Origin: Candidatus Saganbacteria bacterium | GTDB taxonomy: Bacteria; Margulisbacteria; WOR-1; XYC2-FULL-46-14; WPAF01 | Assembly (NCBI GenBank): GCA_016223205.1 | Contig: JACRPM010000010.1 | Coordinates: 26,441-90,440 of the forward strand | Direction: 5' to 3' | DNA length: 64,000 nt | Shown here: in pieces, positions 1 to 9,800 of the stretch | Position numbering within the stretch: position 1 is the first letter of the stretch | Layout of the letters: each line of letters opens with the position of its first letter | The notes under the pieces: model-generated | Databases searched by the model: none | What the model was told of the DNA's origin: nothing | Seen by the model: only the letters and a program-made list of their open reading frames with translations | Program-made: the position numbers and the translations under genes

Positions 1-607
1 AGAGATCTTCGGTCGTTGCCAAAAGACCGCTCAATTTGTTATCGGTTGAATACAATTCAGCCGCAGGCGAGAAGCTCAAACCGCCGTCGGTCGAGGTCAG
101 TCGATATATTTTTGATCCCGAGATAAAATCGATCTCCAACTTATCGGGGATCACCAGCAGGGCGGGGCGGGTTACGATGGGCAAGGTGTCGTTGAGGACC
201 TTTGCCGGGGAAAAGCCGGCGCCCCGGTCGGCGGAGCGCAAGTAAAGCAGCTTCTCTTCTTTGACGGCCAAGATCTGTAATATTCCTTTTTGCGCCTGGA
301 TATCGATAATCTGCGGAGCGTCCTTGAGGGCGGCGATCTTTTCAAAGGTCAATCCGGCATTCCGGGAAAAAGTGATCTTCAGGTCGCCTTTTTCCATCCA
401 CCAGAGGTATAACAGTTTGTCTTGGGGATCTTCCAGGATGGTCGGAGAGGCGGAAGCAGGAAGAGGGGTGGAAAAGCGCTCCCAATTCTGCCCCAGGTCG
501 GTCGATCGCATCAGCCGACCCTGCTCGAAGGAATAAAGAATTCGGGCTTGCGCGGTTAACGGCAGGAACATGAAAAGGAGCAAAATCCAGATTGTTTGCC
601 GCCGCAT
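1..607 (-). CDS. Secreted BNR/Asp-box repeat protein (Ycf48-like beta-propeller family); partial, C-terminus off the left edge
   Basis: Minus-strand ORF open to the window edge, start ATG at 605-607. N-terminal signal peptide MRRQTIWILLLFMFLPLTAQA. Asp-box motifs STDLGQNW and STDGGLSF (S-x-D-x-G-x-x-W). Not in the ORF track because it runs off the edge. It supersedes the + strand ORFs 36..245 and 261..536. Confidence 0.5.
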   Translation of the reverse strand, partial: MRRQTIWILLLFMFLPLTAQARILYSFEQGRLMRSTDLGQNWERFSTPLPASASPTILEDPQDKLLYLWWMEKGDLKITFSRNAGLTFEKIAALKDAPQIIDIQAQKGILQILAVKEEKLLYLRSADRGAGFSPAKVLNDTLPIVTRPALLVIPDKLEIDFISGSKIYRLTSTDGGLSFSPAAELYSTDNKLSGLLATTEDL

Positions 608-631
608 TTGGCCCAATTCTATAACATTATA

Positions 632-670
632 TTGAAAATGCAAGCTACGGCGGGTATAATCGGTAAAATG
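632..670 (+). promoter_or_regulatory. Sigma70-type promoter TTGAAA(632-637)-N17-TATAAT(655-660), apparently giving a leaderless mRNA that starts at the ATG at 668
   Basis: Near-consensus -35 and -10 hexamers with 17-nt spacing. The ATG at 668-670 lies 7 nt downstream of the -10 element and has no Shine-Dalgarno sequence. Confidence 0.4.
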
Positions 671-1414
671 CGCATGCTACCCGAGGTCCGCCTGGCACTG
701 GGGCTAATTGAGAAACGCAAAGCCCGCGAGGACGAAGGGAAATTCGTGGTGGAAGGGGAGCATTTGATCGTGGAAGCGGGGGAGAGGGTGGAATTTATCA
801 TCCACACCCGTACCCTTCCACCCCAGCTGGCCGCGGGGAAAAAAACGATCAAGGTCTCGCAAAAAGAGTTCGCCCACCTGACTTCGGTCGAGACCCCGGC
901 CGGACTTTTGGCGGTGGTCAGAAAGCCGGAGCAAACCCTGGCGGATATCATGCCGGGGCTGGTAGTTTTTTGCGTCGAGATCCAGGACCCGGGCAATCTC
1001 GGCACTATCATCCGCGGGGCGGATGCGGCCGGAGCGAAGGGCGTGATCCTTTCCCGGGGAACGGTCGATCTTTTTAACCCAAAGGTCATCCGCTCCACCC
1101 AGGGATCGCTTTTTCACCTGCCGATCGTCCAGGTAAAGGACACGATAGAGACCATCGGGCAGTTGAAAAAACGGGGGTTTAAGGTCGTGGCGACCGCGGG
1201 CCAGGGAACCCGGCCGCATTTTAAGGCCGATCTTTCGGGCTCGGCCGTAATATTGATCGGCAACGAGGGAGCGGGACTGCCGGACAATATAAAAAAGCTG
1301 GCAGATGAAACAGTGTCCATTCCTATGCCGGGGAAAGCAGAATCGTTGAACGCCGCGATGGCGGCCACGGTTATTTTATATGAGGCGGTAAGACAAAGAT
1401 GGTCGAAAGAATAA
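668..1414 (+). CDS. SpoU/TrmH-family RNA 2'-O-ribose methyltransferase (RlmB-like, with N-terminal substrate-binding domain)
   Basis: Track ORF 596..1414. Motifs GNLGTIIRGADAAGA, IGNEGAGLP and ESLNAAMAATVILYE are SPOUT hallmarks. The start was chosen at MRMLPEV (668) because the ATGs at 596 and 638 overlap the divergent gene start and the promoter. Confidence 0.8.
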   Translation: MRMLPEVRLALGLIEKRKAREDEGKFVVEGEHLIVEAGERVEFIIHTRTLPPQLAAGKKTIKVSQKEFAHLTSVETPAGLLAVVRKPEQTLADIMPGLVVFCVEIQDPGNLGTIIRGADAAGAKGVILSRGTVDLFNPKVIRSTQGSLFHLPIVQVKDTIETIGQLKKRGFKVVATAGQGTRPHFKADLSGSAVILIGNEGAGLPDNIKKLADETVSIPMPGKAESLNAAMAATVILYEAVRQRWSKE

Positions 1415-2415
1415 AGGCGATAGAACAGGAAGCGCTCGGGGCGCTGGGATCGGTCAACGATCTGACGTCTTTGGACCAGGTGCGCGTGCGCTACCTGGGC
1501 AAAAAGGGTTTGCTGACGGAGCTTACCAGATTTTTGGGGAGCTTGCCGGAGCAGGAGCGGCCCCGCTTCGGCGCCGTCCTAAACGAGGTCAAGACCAAAC
1601 TGGAAGGGATCATCAAAGATAAAAAAGCCGCGCTCGAGAATACTGCGCTTGGCCAAAAGCTCAAAGGCGACGCGCTGGATATCACGCTTCCCGGGGCGGG
1701 GGTTAAAAGGGGCAAACTCCATCCCATCACCCAGGTGATGGATGAGCTGATCGATATTTTTCAACGGCTGGGATTTTCGATCGCGGAAGGTCCCGAGATC
1801 GAGTCCGATTATTACAATTTTGAGGCCCTGAACATCCCTCCCCACCATCCCAGCCGCGACATGTGGTCCACGCTCTGGATCGATGCGGATAAATTATTGA
1901 GGACCCACACCTCCCCGGTCCAGATCCGCGTCATGGAAAAGCAAAAGCCGCCGCTCGCGGTGATCATGCCCGGCCGGGTCTATCGTCGGGATGCCGACAT
2001 CACCCATTCGCCGGTCTTCCACCAACTCGAAGGTTTGCTGGTTGACCAAAATGTGACCTTCGGCGATCTTAAAGGCACGCTCACCGCCTTTCTCCATTCG
2101 GTCTTCGGCAAGGACAAAAAGGTCCGCTTCCGGCCAAGCTACTTCCCCTTTACCGAGCCCTCGGCGGAGGTGGATGTGGAATGCGTGATGTGCGAGGGTC
2201 GCGGCTGCCGCACCTGTTCGAACACCGGCTGGCTCGAGATATTGGGCTCGGGCATGGTGGATCCCAATGTTTTTAAATACGTAAAATGCGATCCGGAAAA
2301 ATACACGGGGTTCGCTTTCGGCATGGGAGTGGAGCGCATTGCCATGCTCAAGTTCGGCATCGACGACATTCGCCTGTTCTATGAGAACGATATGCGCTTT
2401 TTGAGGCAATTCTGA
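1399..2415 (+). CDS. pheS: Phenylalanine--tRNA ligase alpha subunit
   Basis: 338 aa. C-terminal FGMGVERIAMLKFGIDDIRLFYENDMRFLRQF and class II aaRS motifs. A 16-nt overlap with the preceding gene. Confidence 0.95.
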   Translation: MVERIKAIEQEALGALGSVNDLTSLDQVRVRYLGKKGLLTELTRFLGSLPEQERPRFGAVLNEVKTKLEGIIKDKKAALENTALGQKLKGDALDITLPGAGVKRGKLHPITQVMDELIDIFQRLGFSIAEGPEIESDYYNFEALNIPPHHPSRDMWSTLWIDADKLLRTHTSPVQIRVMEKQKPPLAVIMPGRVYRRDADITHSPVFHQLEGLLVDQNVTFGDLKGTLTAFLHSVFGKDKKVRFRPSYFPFTEPSAEVDVECVMCEGRGCRTCSNTGWLEILGSGMVDPNVFKYVKCDPEKYTGFAFGMGVERIAMLKFGIDDIRLFYENDMRFLRQF

Positions 2416-2416
2416 C

Positions 2417-4444
2417 ATGAAAATACCGTTAGAGTGGCTGAAAGATCTGGTGGAAGTGAAGATGAGGCCCCAGGAGCTGCAAGCGCGGCTCACCATGGCG
2501 GGACTGGAAGTGGGAGCGCTGGAAGGCGAGGTGCTGGATATTGATGTTCTGCCTAATAGGGGGGATTGTTTAAGCATTTTGGGAGTAGCTAGGGAAGTGA
2601 GCGCGGTTACAAATACGAAACTCAAGAAACCAGCGAATAAATTCGCGGTTAAATCTAAGCGAGACGGCTCGACCGAGCTCGCCGAGGTCTTCAGTCTCGG
2701 CTTACACAAGATGTCAATCGAAGTAAAAGACAAAGAACTTTGTCCGAGATATATGGCGAGAATGATAGAGAAGGTCTCGGTCGGGGAATCGCCGGAATGG
2801 CTGAAGAAGAGATTAGTGCTTGCCGGACTGCGGCCGATCAATAACATCGTGGATGCCACCAATTACGTCCTGATGGAACTCGGCCAACCCCTGCATGCCT
2901 TTGATGCGGGAAAGATTGGCGGCCAAAAGATCGTGGTGCGACGCGCCAAACCCGGCGAGAAGATCATCACTTTGGACGGGATGGAGCATAAACTTGGAAA
3001 AGATACGCTGGCCATCGCCGATGACCAAAGACCGATCGCCCTAGCGGGGGTGATGGGCGGGGCCAACACGGAAGTTTCTGCTTCTACCACTTCGGTATTG
3101 CTGGAATCCGCTTATTTCGATCCCACTTCCATCAACAAAACCTCCAAAGCGGCCAAACTGCGCACCGAGGCTTCCATCCGTTTTGAAAAAGGCGTGGATT
3201 GGGAAAGGGTGGAGCAGGCCCTTGACCGCGCGGCGGCCCTTATCGCCGAGCTTTCGGGAGGGAAGGTCACCGGTTATAAAGTTGATATTAAGTCCAGGGA
3301 CCGGAAACCGAAAATCCTGGAATTAAGGCAAGAACGGCTGAATAGGGTATTGGGGACCACGGTGCCGCTAAGTGAGGCCGCGAAGATATTAGTAAGGCTG
3401 GGATTTACCCGCCTTCGCCAAGGCTCCGGCGGGCAGGGGAAATTGAAAGTAGGGGTTCCGTTGTGGAGAGCGGGAGACATCGAACGGGAAATTGACTTAA
3501 TAGAAGAGGTGGCGCGCCTGCGAGGGTACGATCGCATACCTACAACCCTGCCCCGGCCCGCGGGCGAAGTTAGAGAAGACCGGAAATATGCCTTCCTCAA
3601 GAAAATAAAAGAAATATTGGTCGGCTGCGGATTGTACGAAGCGCAAACCTTTACCCTGGTAGATCCCCAGATGGCCGGAGAAGAAGCGGTTAAGCTGGCC
3701 AACCCCATGGCGCCCGAAGAATCGGTCCTGCGGACCGAAATGCTGCCCAGCCTACTTAGGGCGGTCTCTTATAATTTAAGGCGGCAGGTGGAAGACGTGA
3801 AGCTTTTTGAGATCGGGAAGGTGTTTTTGGAACCGCGGCGTTCAGCCGCAGGTTCCATTCCCGCGGGTAAACCCCGCGGTTCTCTTACCGAGGAAAGGCT
3901 AATTCTCGCCGGAGCATCGACCAACCTTGATTTTCTTGGTCTCAAAGGCATTGTGGAAAATCTATTGAATGAACTTACCTCCGATTGGAAGCTGGAATCC
4001 ACCGCCAAACGGGAGTATCATCCCGGACAATCCGCCGCCGTGATCGGAAAAAGCGGAAAACTGCTGGGTACTTTCGGCCGCCTGCACCCCGAACTAAAAC
4101 CGGAAGGGGTCTTGGTGTTCGAGTTTGATATCGACGCGCTGTTGGGTGAAGCGCAGATCGGCAAGCGTTATAAACCCCTTCCCAAATATCCCAAGGTGGA
4201 GCGGGATCTGGCCATGTTCGTGCCGCCGGGGGTTACCTCCGGGCAGATCATTTTGATCATCCGCCAGGCCGGCGGCAACATTGTGGAAGAAGTTCGACTT
4301 TTTGATATATTCAAGAACAGCCAGGCCTATCGCATTTCTTTCCGCGACCCGGAGCGGACCCTCACCGATGAGGTCGTGAACCGCGCTTTTCTTACCATCC
4401 AGGATGAACTAACCGGCAAACTCAAAGTCCAGATACGCAAATGA
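2417..4444 (+). CDS. pheT: Phenylalanine--tRNA ligase beta subunit (short form lacking the B2 OB-fold tRNA-binding domain)
   Basis: 675 aa. N-terminal MKIPLEWLKDLVEV B1 domain runs directly into the ...PNRGDCLSILGVAREV B3 region. B5 and FDX-ACB-like C-terminus present. Starts 2 nt after the pheS stop. Confidence 0.9.
   Translation: MKIPLEWLKDLVEVKMRPQELQARLTMAGLEVGALEGEVLDIDVLPNRGDCLSILGVAREVSAVTNTKLKKPANKFAVKSKRDGSTELAEVFSLGLHKMSIEVKDKELCPRYMARMIEKVSVGESPEWLKKRLVLAGLRPINNIVDATNYVLMELGQPLHAFDAGKIGGQKIVVRRAKPGEKIITLDGMEHKLGKDTLAIADDQRPIALAGVMGGANTEVSASTTSVLLESAYFDPTSINKTSKAAKLRTEASIRFEKGVDWERVEQALDRAAALIAELSGGKVTGYKVDIKSRDRKPKILELRQERLNRVLGTTVPLSEAAKILVRLGFTRLRQGSGGQGKLKVGVPLWRAGDIEREIDLIEEVARLRGYDRIPTTLPRPAGEVREDRKYAFLKKIKEILVGCGLYEAQTFTLVDPQMAGEEAVKLANPMAPEESVLRTEMLPSLLRAVSYNLRRQVEDVKLFEIGKVFLEPRRSAAGSIPAGKPRGSLTEERLILAGASTNLDFLGLKGIVENLLNELTSDWKLESTAKREYHPGQSAAVIGKSGKLLGTFGRLHPELKPEGVLVFEFDIDALLGEAQIGKRYKPLPKYPKVERDLAMFVPPGVTSGQIILIIRQAGGNIVEEVRLFDIFKNSQAYRISFRDPERTLTDEVVNRAFLTIQDELTGKLKVQIRK
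2633..2683. repeat. Family-3 palindromic mini-repeat (GCGAATAAATTCGCGGTTAAATYTARGCGAGA...), in-frame inside pheT
   Basis: About 34 nt are near-identical to copies at 55087-55131 and 61311-61344. It encodes KKPANKFAVKSKRDGSTELAE within a linker that is about 14 aa longer than in E. coli PheT. Confidence 0.55.
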
Positions 4445-4498
4445 CCTCACCCCGCCCTCGGCAAGCTCGGGCACCCCTCTCCATAAAATGGAGAGGGG
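4445..4498. repeat. Family-1 composite palindromic element (CCTCACCC + GC hairpin + CCCCTCTCCA-N5-TGGAGAGGGG)
   Basis: Perfect 10-bp stem hairpin cccctctccaTAAAAtggagagggg followed by TTATTAC. Fills the pheT-mutS spacer and may also act as a terminator. Confidence 0.6.
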
Positions 4499-4575
4499 TT
4501 ATTACAAACAGATTAACTATTGGCTATTTCAGGGATAACCTATGAAAAATCCCGAAGGTGATAAATCAGTAAGAT

Positions 4576-4632
4576 TCCCTCTCCACAAAGTGGAGAGGGA
4601 TGTCCCCCGGCTTGCCGGGGGACAGGGTGAGG
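4576..4632. repeat. Family-1 composite palindromic element (tccctctccaCAAAGtggagaggga + cccccggcTTGccggggg + GGGTGAGG), inverted orientation
   Basis: Lies just upstream of the likely mutS start, inside the N-terminal extension of track ORF 4542. Confidence 0.6.
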
Positions 4633-4640
4633 TGACCCCC

Positions 4641-6866
4641 ATGGTGGCCCAGTACCGCGAGATAAAAGCCCGCCACCAGGATGCTATCCTCTTTTACCGC
4701 TTGGGGGATTTTTACGAAATGTTCAACGAGGACGCCGAGCTCGCCAGCCGGGAGTTGGACCTGACTTTGACCGGCCGCGGCAAGGATGAGAACCGCATGC
4801 CCATGTGCGGCATTCCTTATCATGCGGCGCAGGGCTACATTGCCCGGCTGATCGAGAAGGGCTACAAGGTAGCTATCTGCGAACAGACCGAAGATCCCAA
4901 CCTGGCCAAGGGATTGGTCAAAAGGGAGGTCGTTCGCATCGTGACCCCGGGGACGGTGCTCGAATCCGATCTATTGTCCGAAAAAAGCAGCAACTATCTG
5001 GCGGCGATCTCTTTGGAGAAGGGGAAATACGGGCTGGCTTATGTCGAGGCCTCGACCGGCGAGTTCAAGACGACCGATTTTACGGATGAAACACAGCTTA
5101 AAGCCGAGATCGACCGCATCGCTCCCGCCGAGACCATCGCCGCAAAAAACGGCTCCGCGGTTGACGCCATACTAGAATATCTCAAGCAAAACCGCAAGAC
5201 CCGCTTAGGGCATATTGGAGAGGCGGTAAGATATTCGGTCGGCGAGTTCATGCTGATCGATCCGCAAACCCGGCGGAATTTGGAGCTTATCCAGACCATC
5301 CGCGACCGGGCTTTTAAAGGAAGCTTGCTTTGGGTTTTAGACCAGTGCCGGACCAGCATGGGCAGCCGCCTGCTTAAAAATTGGCTGCTGGCGCCGCTGC
5401 TCAACCGGGAGGAGATCGAGCGGCGGCTGGAGGCGGTGGCGGAATTACATGGAAACGCCATCCTGCGCGCCGAATTGTCCAGAGAACTCGATCAGGTCTT
5501 TGATATCGAGAGATTGACCGGAAGGGCGGCCTCCGGCGCCGCCAACGCGCGCGACCTTATCTCTTTGGCCGAATCCTTAACGCATTTGCCCCGTATCGCC
5601 GATATTCTGAAAAATTCCAAAACCTTGAAAGTTCCAAATCCCTTGCCCGAAGTAACGGACCTTATCCATAGGGCGATCGTAAATGACCCGCCGTTTGTCT
5701 TGACCGCAGGCGGGATCATCAAGGATGGATATAATGCCGAGCTCGATGAGCTCAAGCAGGCGGCTCGCGGCGGTAAAAGCTGGATCACGGAGCTGGAGAA
5801 TAAAGAACGCCTGCGCACCGGCATCAAATCCCTCAAAGTCGGTTTTACCAAGGTGTTCGGCTACTATATCGAAGTGAGCAACGCCAATCAATCAGCGGTT
5901 CCCGCCGATTATATCCGCAAGCAAACCCTGGTGAACTGCGAGCGCTTTATCACCCCGGAGCTCAAGGATAAAGAATCTTTCATCTTGAACGCCGAAGAAC
6001 GGCTGAAGGACATGGAATATAAGATATTCTGCGAAGTCCGCGAACAGGTCGCGGAGCACACCAAAGAGCTTCAATCCATCGCCCGCCAACTGGCCCGGAT
6101 AGATGTTCTGCTTTCTTTGGCCGAAGTCGCGGTCGCCAACAATTTCTGCCGCCCCCGGATCACCGGATCAGCGGATATCCGGATAACCGAATCGCGTCAC
6201 CCGGTTGTCGAAAAAACTCTCGGAGAACAAAAATTCACCCCAAACAACATTGTGATGGATGCTGAATCGCGATTTCTCATGATTACGGGGCCAAACATGG
6301 CGGGGAAAAGCACGTATATGCGGCAAGTTGCCCTCATCTGCCTTATGGCCCAGATCGGCTCCTTTGTCCCGGCCGCATCCGCCGAGCTTGCGATCATCGA
6401 CCGCATCTTTACCCGCATCGGGGCCATGGACGACATTTTCTCCGGCCAGTCCACCTTTATGCTGGAGATGACCGAGACCGCCAATATCTTAAAGAACGCA
6501 ACCGAGAACAGCTTGATAATTCTCGATGAAATAGGGCGGGGGACGGCGACTTTTGACGGCATGTCGATCGCGGCGGCGGTGGCGGAATATATCCACGAAA
6601 AGATCAAAGCGAAAACCTTATTCGCCACGCATTATCACGAAATAACCCAGCTGGCGGAAAAACACCCCGGCATGAAAAATTTCAATGTTCTGGTCAAAGA
6701 AGTTGGGGAGGAAATCACCTTTTTGCATAAGATCGCGGAGGGCCCGGCGGACAAATCTTACGGCATCGCGGTAGCCAAGCTGGCGGGCTTGCCCGCTGAA
6801 GTGGTTAAGCGCGCGCGCGAGGTCTATAATACGCTCGAAATGGCGGAAACCGACTTACTTGGCTAA
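4641..6866 (+). CDS. mutS: DNA mismatch repair protein MutS (lacks the C-terminal tetramerisation tail)
   Basis: Canonical N-terminus TPMVAQYREIKARHQDAILFYRLGDFYEMFNEDA. Walker A ITGPNMAGKSTYMRQ. Track ORF starts at 4542, but that region is a palindromic repeat. Start placed at ATG 4641 (MVAQY). Confidence 0.85.
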   Translation: MVAQYREIKARHQDAILFYRLGDFYEMFNEDAELASRELDLTLTGRGKDENRMPMCGIPYHAAQGYIARLIEKGYKVAICEQTEDPNLAKGLVKREVVRIVTPGTVLESDLLSEKSSNYLAAISLEKGKYGLAYVEASTGEFKTTDFTDETQLKAEIDRIAPAETIAAKNGSAVDAILEYLKQNRKTRLGHIGEAVRYSVGEFMLIDPQTRRNLELIQTIRDRAFKGSLLWVLDQCRTSMGSRLLKNWLLAPLLNREEIERRLEAVAELHGNAILRAELSRELDQVFDIERLTGRAASGAANARDLISLAESLTHLPRIADILKNSKTLKVPNPLPEVTDLIHRAIVNDPPFVLTAGGIIKDGYNAELDELKQAARGGKSWITELENKERLRTGIKSLKVGFTKVFGYYIEVSNANQSAVPADYIRKQTLVNCERFITPELKDKESFILNAEERLKDMEYKIFCEVREQVAEHTKELQSIARQLARIDVLLSLAEVAVANNFCRPRITGSADIRITESRHPVVEKTLGEQKFTPNNIVMDAESRFLMITGPNMAGKSTYMRQVALICLMAQIGSFVPAASAELAIIDRIFTRIGAMDDIFSGQSTFMLEMTETANILKNATENSLIILDEIGRGTATFDGMSIAAAVAEYIHEKIKAKTLFATHYHEITQLAEKHPGMKNFNVLVKEVGEEITFLHKIAEGPADKSYGIAVAKLAGLPAEVVKRAREVYNTLEMAETDLLG

Positions 6867-9800
6867 AAAAATCGGTTTGATAATATTGTGCCTGATCCTC
6901 CTGGGCACGGTCGCCCAGGCCGCCGACATCTATGTTGACGCGGTGAACGGCGACAACACCCGCACCACCGCCGAAGCCCAGAACCCCGCCACTCCCTGGA
7001 AGTGCATTACTGTGGCGGCCACCGGAGCGGCGGTGGGAGACACGGTGCATGTGGCGCCGGGTTATTATCTAACGGCCACCGGCGAAGCCTTCCCCATAAC
7101 CATCACCGGACGATATTTTATTTCGACCACCACCGGCTTGGCCACGATCGATTCGGGCACCAAGATTGCTGATGCCATCCATCTGGGAGCCGGGGCTACC
7201 CTGGATGGCTTTACCGTTTTAAATGCCGCACCCTCAAATTATTATTACGACATATACGTTCCCGCTGCCAATGCTCATATCCGGAATTGCACTTTAAAGC
7301 AGAACAGTACTGCCGCACAAAACAGGGTGATCTGGGTGGATGCCGGAGGAGACCGGGTAAGTATTGAAGGGAATTCCCTCACTACGAATACCTCCAATAC
7401 TTCTGCTGTGGTTACCTTTACCAGCGGAGCGGATAATCCTATCATCCGCAATAATATCATCTATGGGCCGGGAAGCCAGACCACCGGCATTGATTTTGGC
7501 ACCACCGTCGCGCCTACGGTCGAAGGCAATACCATAACGGTGGGATATTCCGGCATCGTTCAAACCGGGACCAGTACCAACCAAAATATTCTAAATAACA
7601 AGGTCATTGCGGTCGGGACCAACAATAATTATGGATTCTATGTCGGCGGAACTGCGGCGACCTCCATTACCGGCACGATCTCCGGCAATGAATTTAGGAA
7701 CTGGAACAATTCGGCCGGATCTTCCGGTATCAGGATCGAAAATACCAACGCTAATTATACTATCTCTAAAAATACCCTAGTCAAGAATACGAATGGGGTG
7801 AGAGTCGGCGCCGGCACCGCGACCGTCCGTGACAACATCATCTCCGCTGGTCCGCGAGACGGCACTTATCTTTCGGGCAGCACTGGGATCTACCAATCGG
7901 GGGGAACAATAACTTCCACTTACAACAATCTTTTCAACAACATTACGACTTATTACGGAACAGTTGGCAGTCAATCCAATGACAATACTTCCAACCCCAG
8001 GTTCGTAAATCCGGACGGCAATGATTATCGACTATTCTCCGATTCTCCCTGCAAAAATACGGCGAGCGACGGCGGCAATCGGGGGGCATATGCCGCGACC
8101 GATACCACCTCCGGCATCACCACCGAATCTTATGTGGATGATGGCGGAAGCGACGTAACGGGGGATGGCACATTGGGCAATCCCTGGAGAACGATCACCA
8201 AGGGATTGGGCTCGACCGAGGGCACGGTCTATGTGCGGGCAGGGACCTATACTGCCGCCAAGGGCGAAACCTTTCCTTTGGCGATCGGCAGCGGCCAGAA
8301 ACTCATCAATTATTTAACGGAGGCGGCCACCATCGATTCCTCAACCACCGCCATCAATACTGTTAATCTGGCCAATAACGCCACCCTCGAAGGGATGACG
8401 GTGAACAATTCCTCCAATCAATCCGCCGTATATTTGGTCGGCCCCGACTCACAGTTGATAAACAGCACAATTTATCAGGCCGGATCGGGCGGTTCGGGCG
8501 CCGCGGTATATTACGCGTCCGATGCCGATCGCTGCCTGCTGGAGGGGAATACCATTACCGGCGGTTCCAATTCCGTCGCCGCCCTATATTTGTTGACCGG
8601 GGTGGACAATCCGATCGTCCGCAATAACACTATTGTCGAGCAAAAAACCTCCAGCGCCTATGCGATCTATTTTGGCGGGACCAGCAGTTATCCCACCATC
8701 GAAGGCAATACCATTACAACCGGATATAACGGTATCATCCAAGTCGGGATCTGCACGAATCAAAATATATTAAACAATAAGATCATCGGGACGGGAAGCA
8801 ATATTAATGCCGGGATATATTTTCAGACCAATTCCACCGGAACGGTGGCCAGCAATGAAGTTAGGGGCTGGAGTGGGACGAGCGGCGCCGGGATCTATGT
8901 GAGCGGCTCCACCGCCAATTTAACCCTTAACAAGAACACCCTGGTCAAGAACACCTATGGGGTGCAGGTCACCAATGGGACGGTGAACATCCAAAACTGC
9001 ATTATTTCCGCGGCGCCGAGGGGCGGCACATATCTTTCGGCCAGTATCGGGATATATCGGACGGGAGGAACGGTAACCTCCACTTATAATGATCTTTTCA
9101 ATAACGTTGTTAATTATTCCGGGACAGTAGGAAGCCAATCGAACGACATCACCACCAATCCAAGGTTTGTAAATCCGGACGGCAATGATTATCAGCTATT
9201 TTCCGATTCCCCCTGTAAAAATACCGCGAGCGACGGCGGCAACCGGGGGGCCTATGCCGCGACCGGCGTTACCTCCGGCATTACGACCGAATCTTATGTG
9301 GATGACGGGGGCAGTGATGTTACCGGGGATGGGACATTGGGCAACCCCTGGAAAACGGTCACCAAGGGCTTGGGCTCGACGGAAGGCACGGTCTATGTAA
9401 GGGCCGGGACCTACAATACGGCCAACGGCAACACCCTGCCCGTTTCCCTGGCGGCGGGGCAGACCTTAAAAGGATATGCTTCGGAGATAGCCACCGTCGA
9501 AGGGAACGGCAGCAACCATGTGGTCCTGATCGGCTCCAATGCGACGATCGATAATATTTACCTCAAATTGACCGGGAATTATTACGGCGTATATGCCGGC
9601 GCCTCAAATGTAAATATCACCCGCAGCAAGATCATCGGCAACAGCCAGGGAAGCGGGATCTATTTTGACGGTGCTTTGACCGGCGTAACGCCGGGGGGCA
9701 ATATCACCACCTGTGAGGTCGGCGCAGTCGATTACGGCATTAATCTCTACGGCGCCACCTCCTGCGGAAATATTACCATCGAGGGGAACACCATCCGCGA

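Noticed and set aside
36-536. Plus-strand ORFs 36..245 and 261..536 from the six-frame track
   Set aside because: The opposite strand encodes a coherent signal-peptide plus Asp-box (BNR) protein that starts at 605-607 and runs off the window. The plus-strand ORFs are shadow frames.
1894-2862. Minus-strand ORF 1894..2862 (322 aa)
   Set aside because: Antisense to pheS and pheT, which have unambiguous aaRS motifs.
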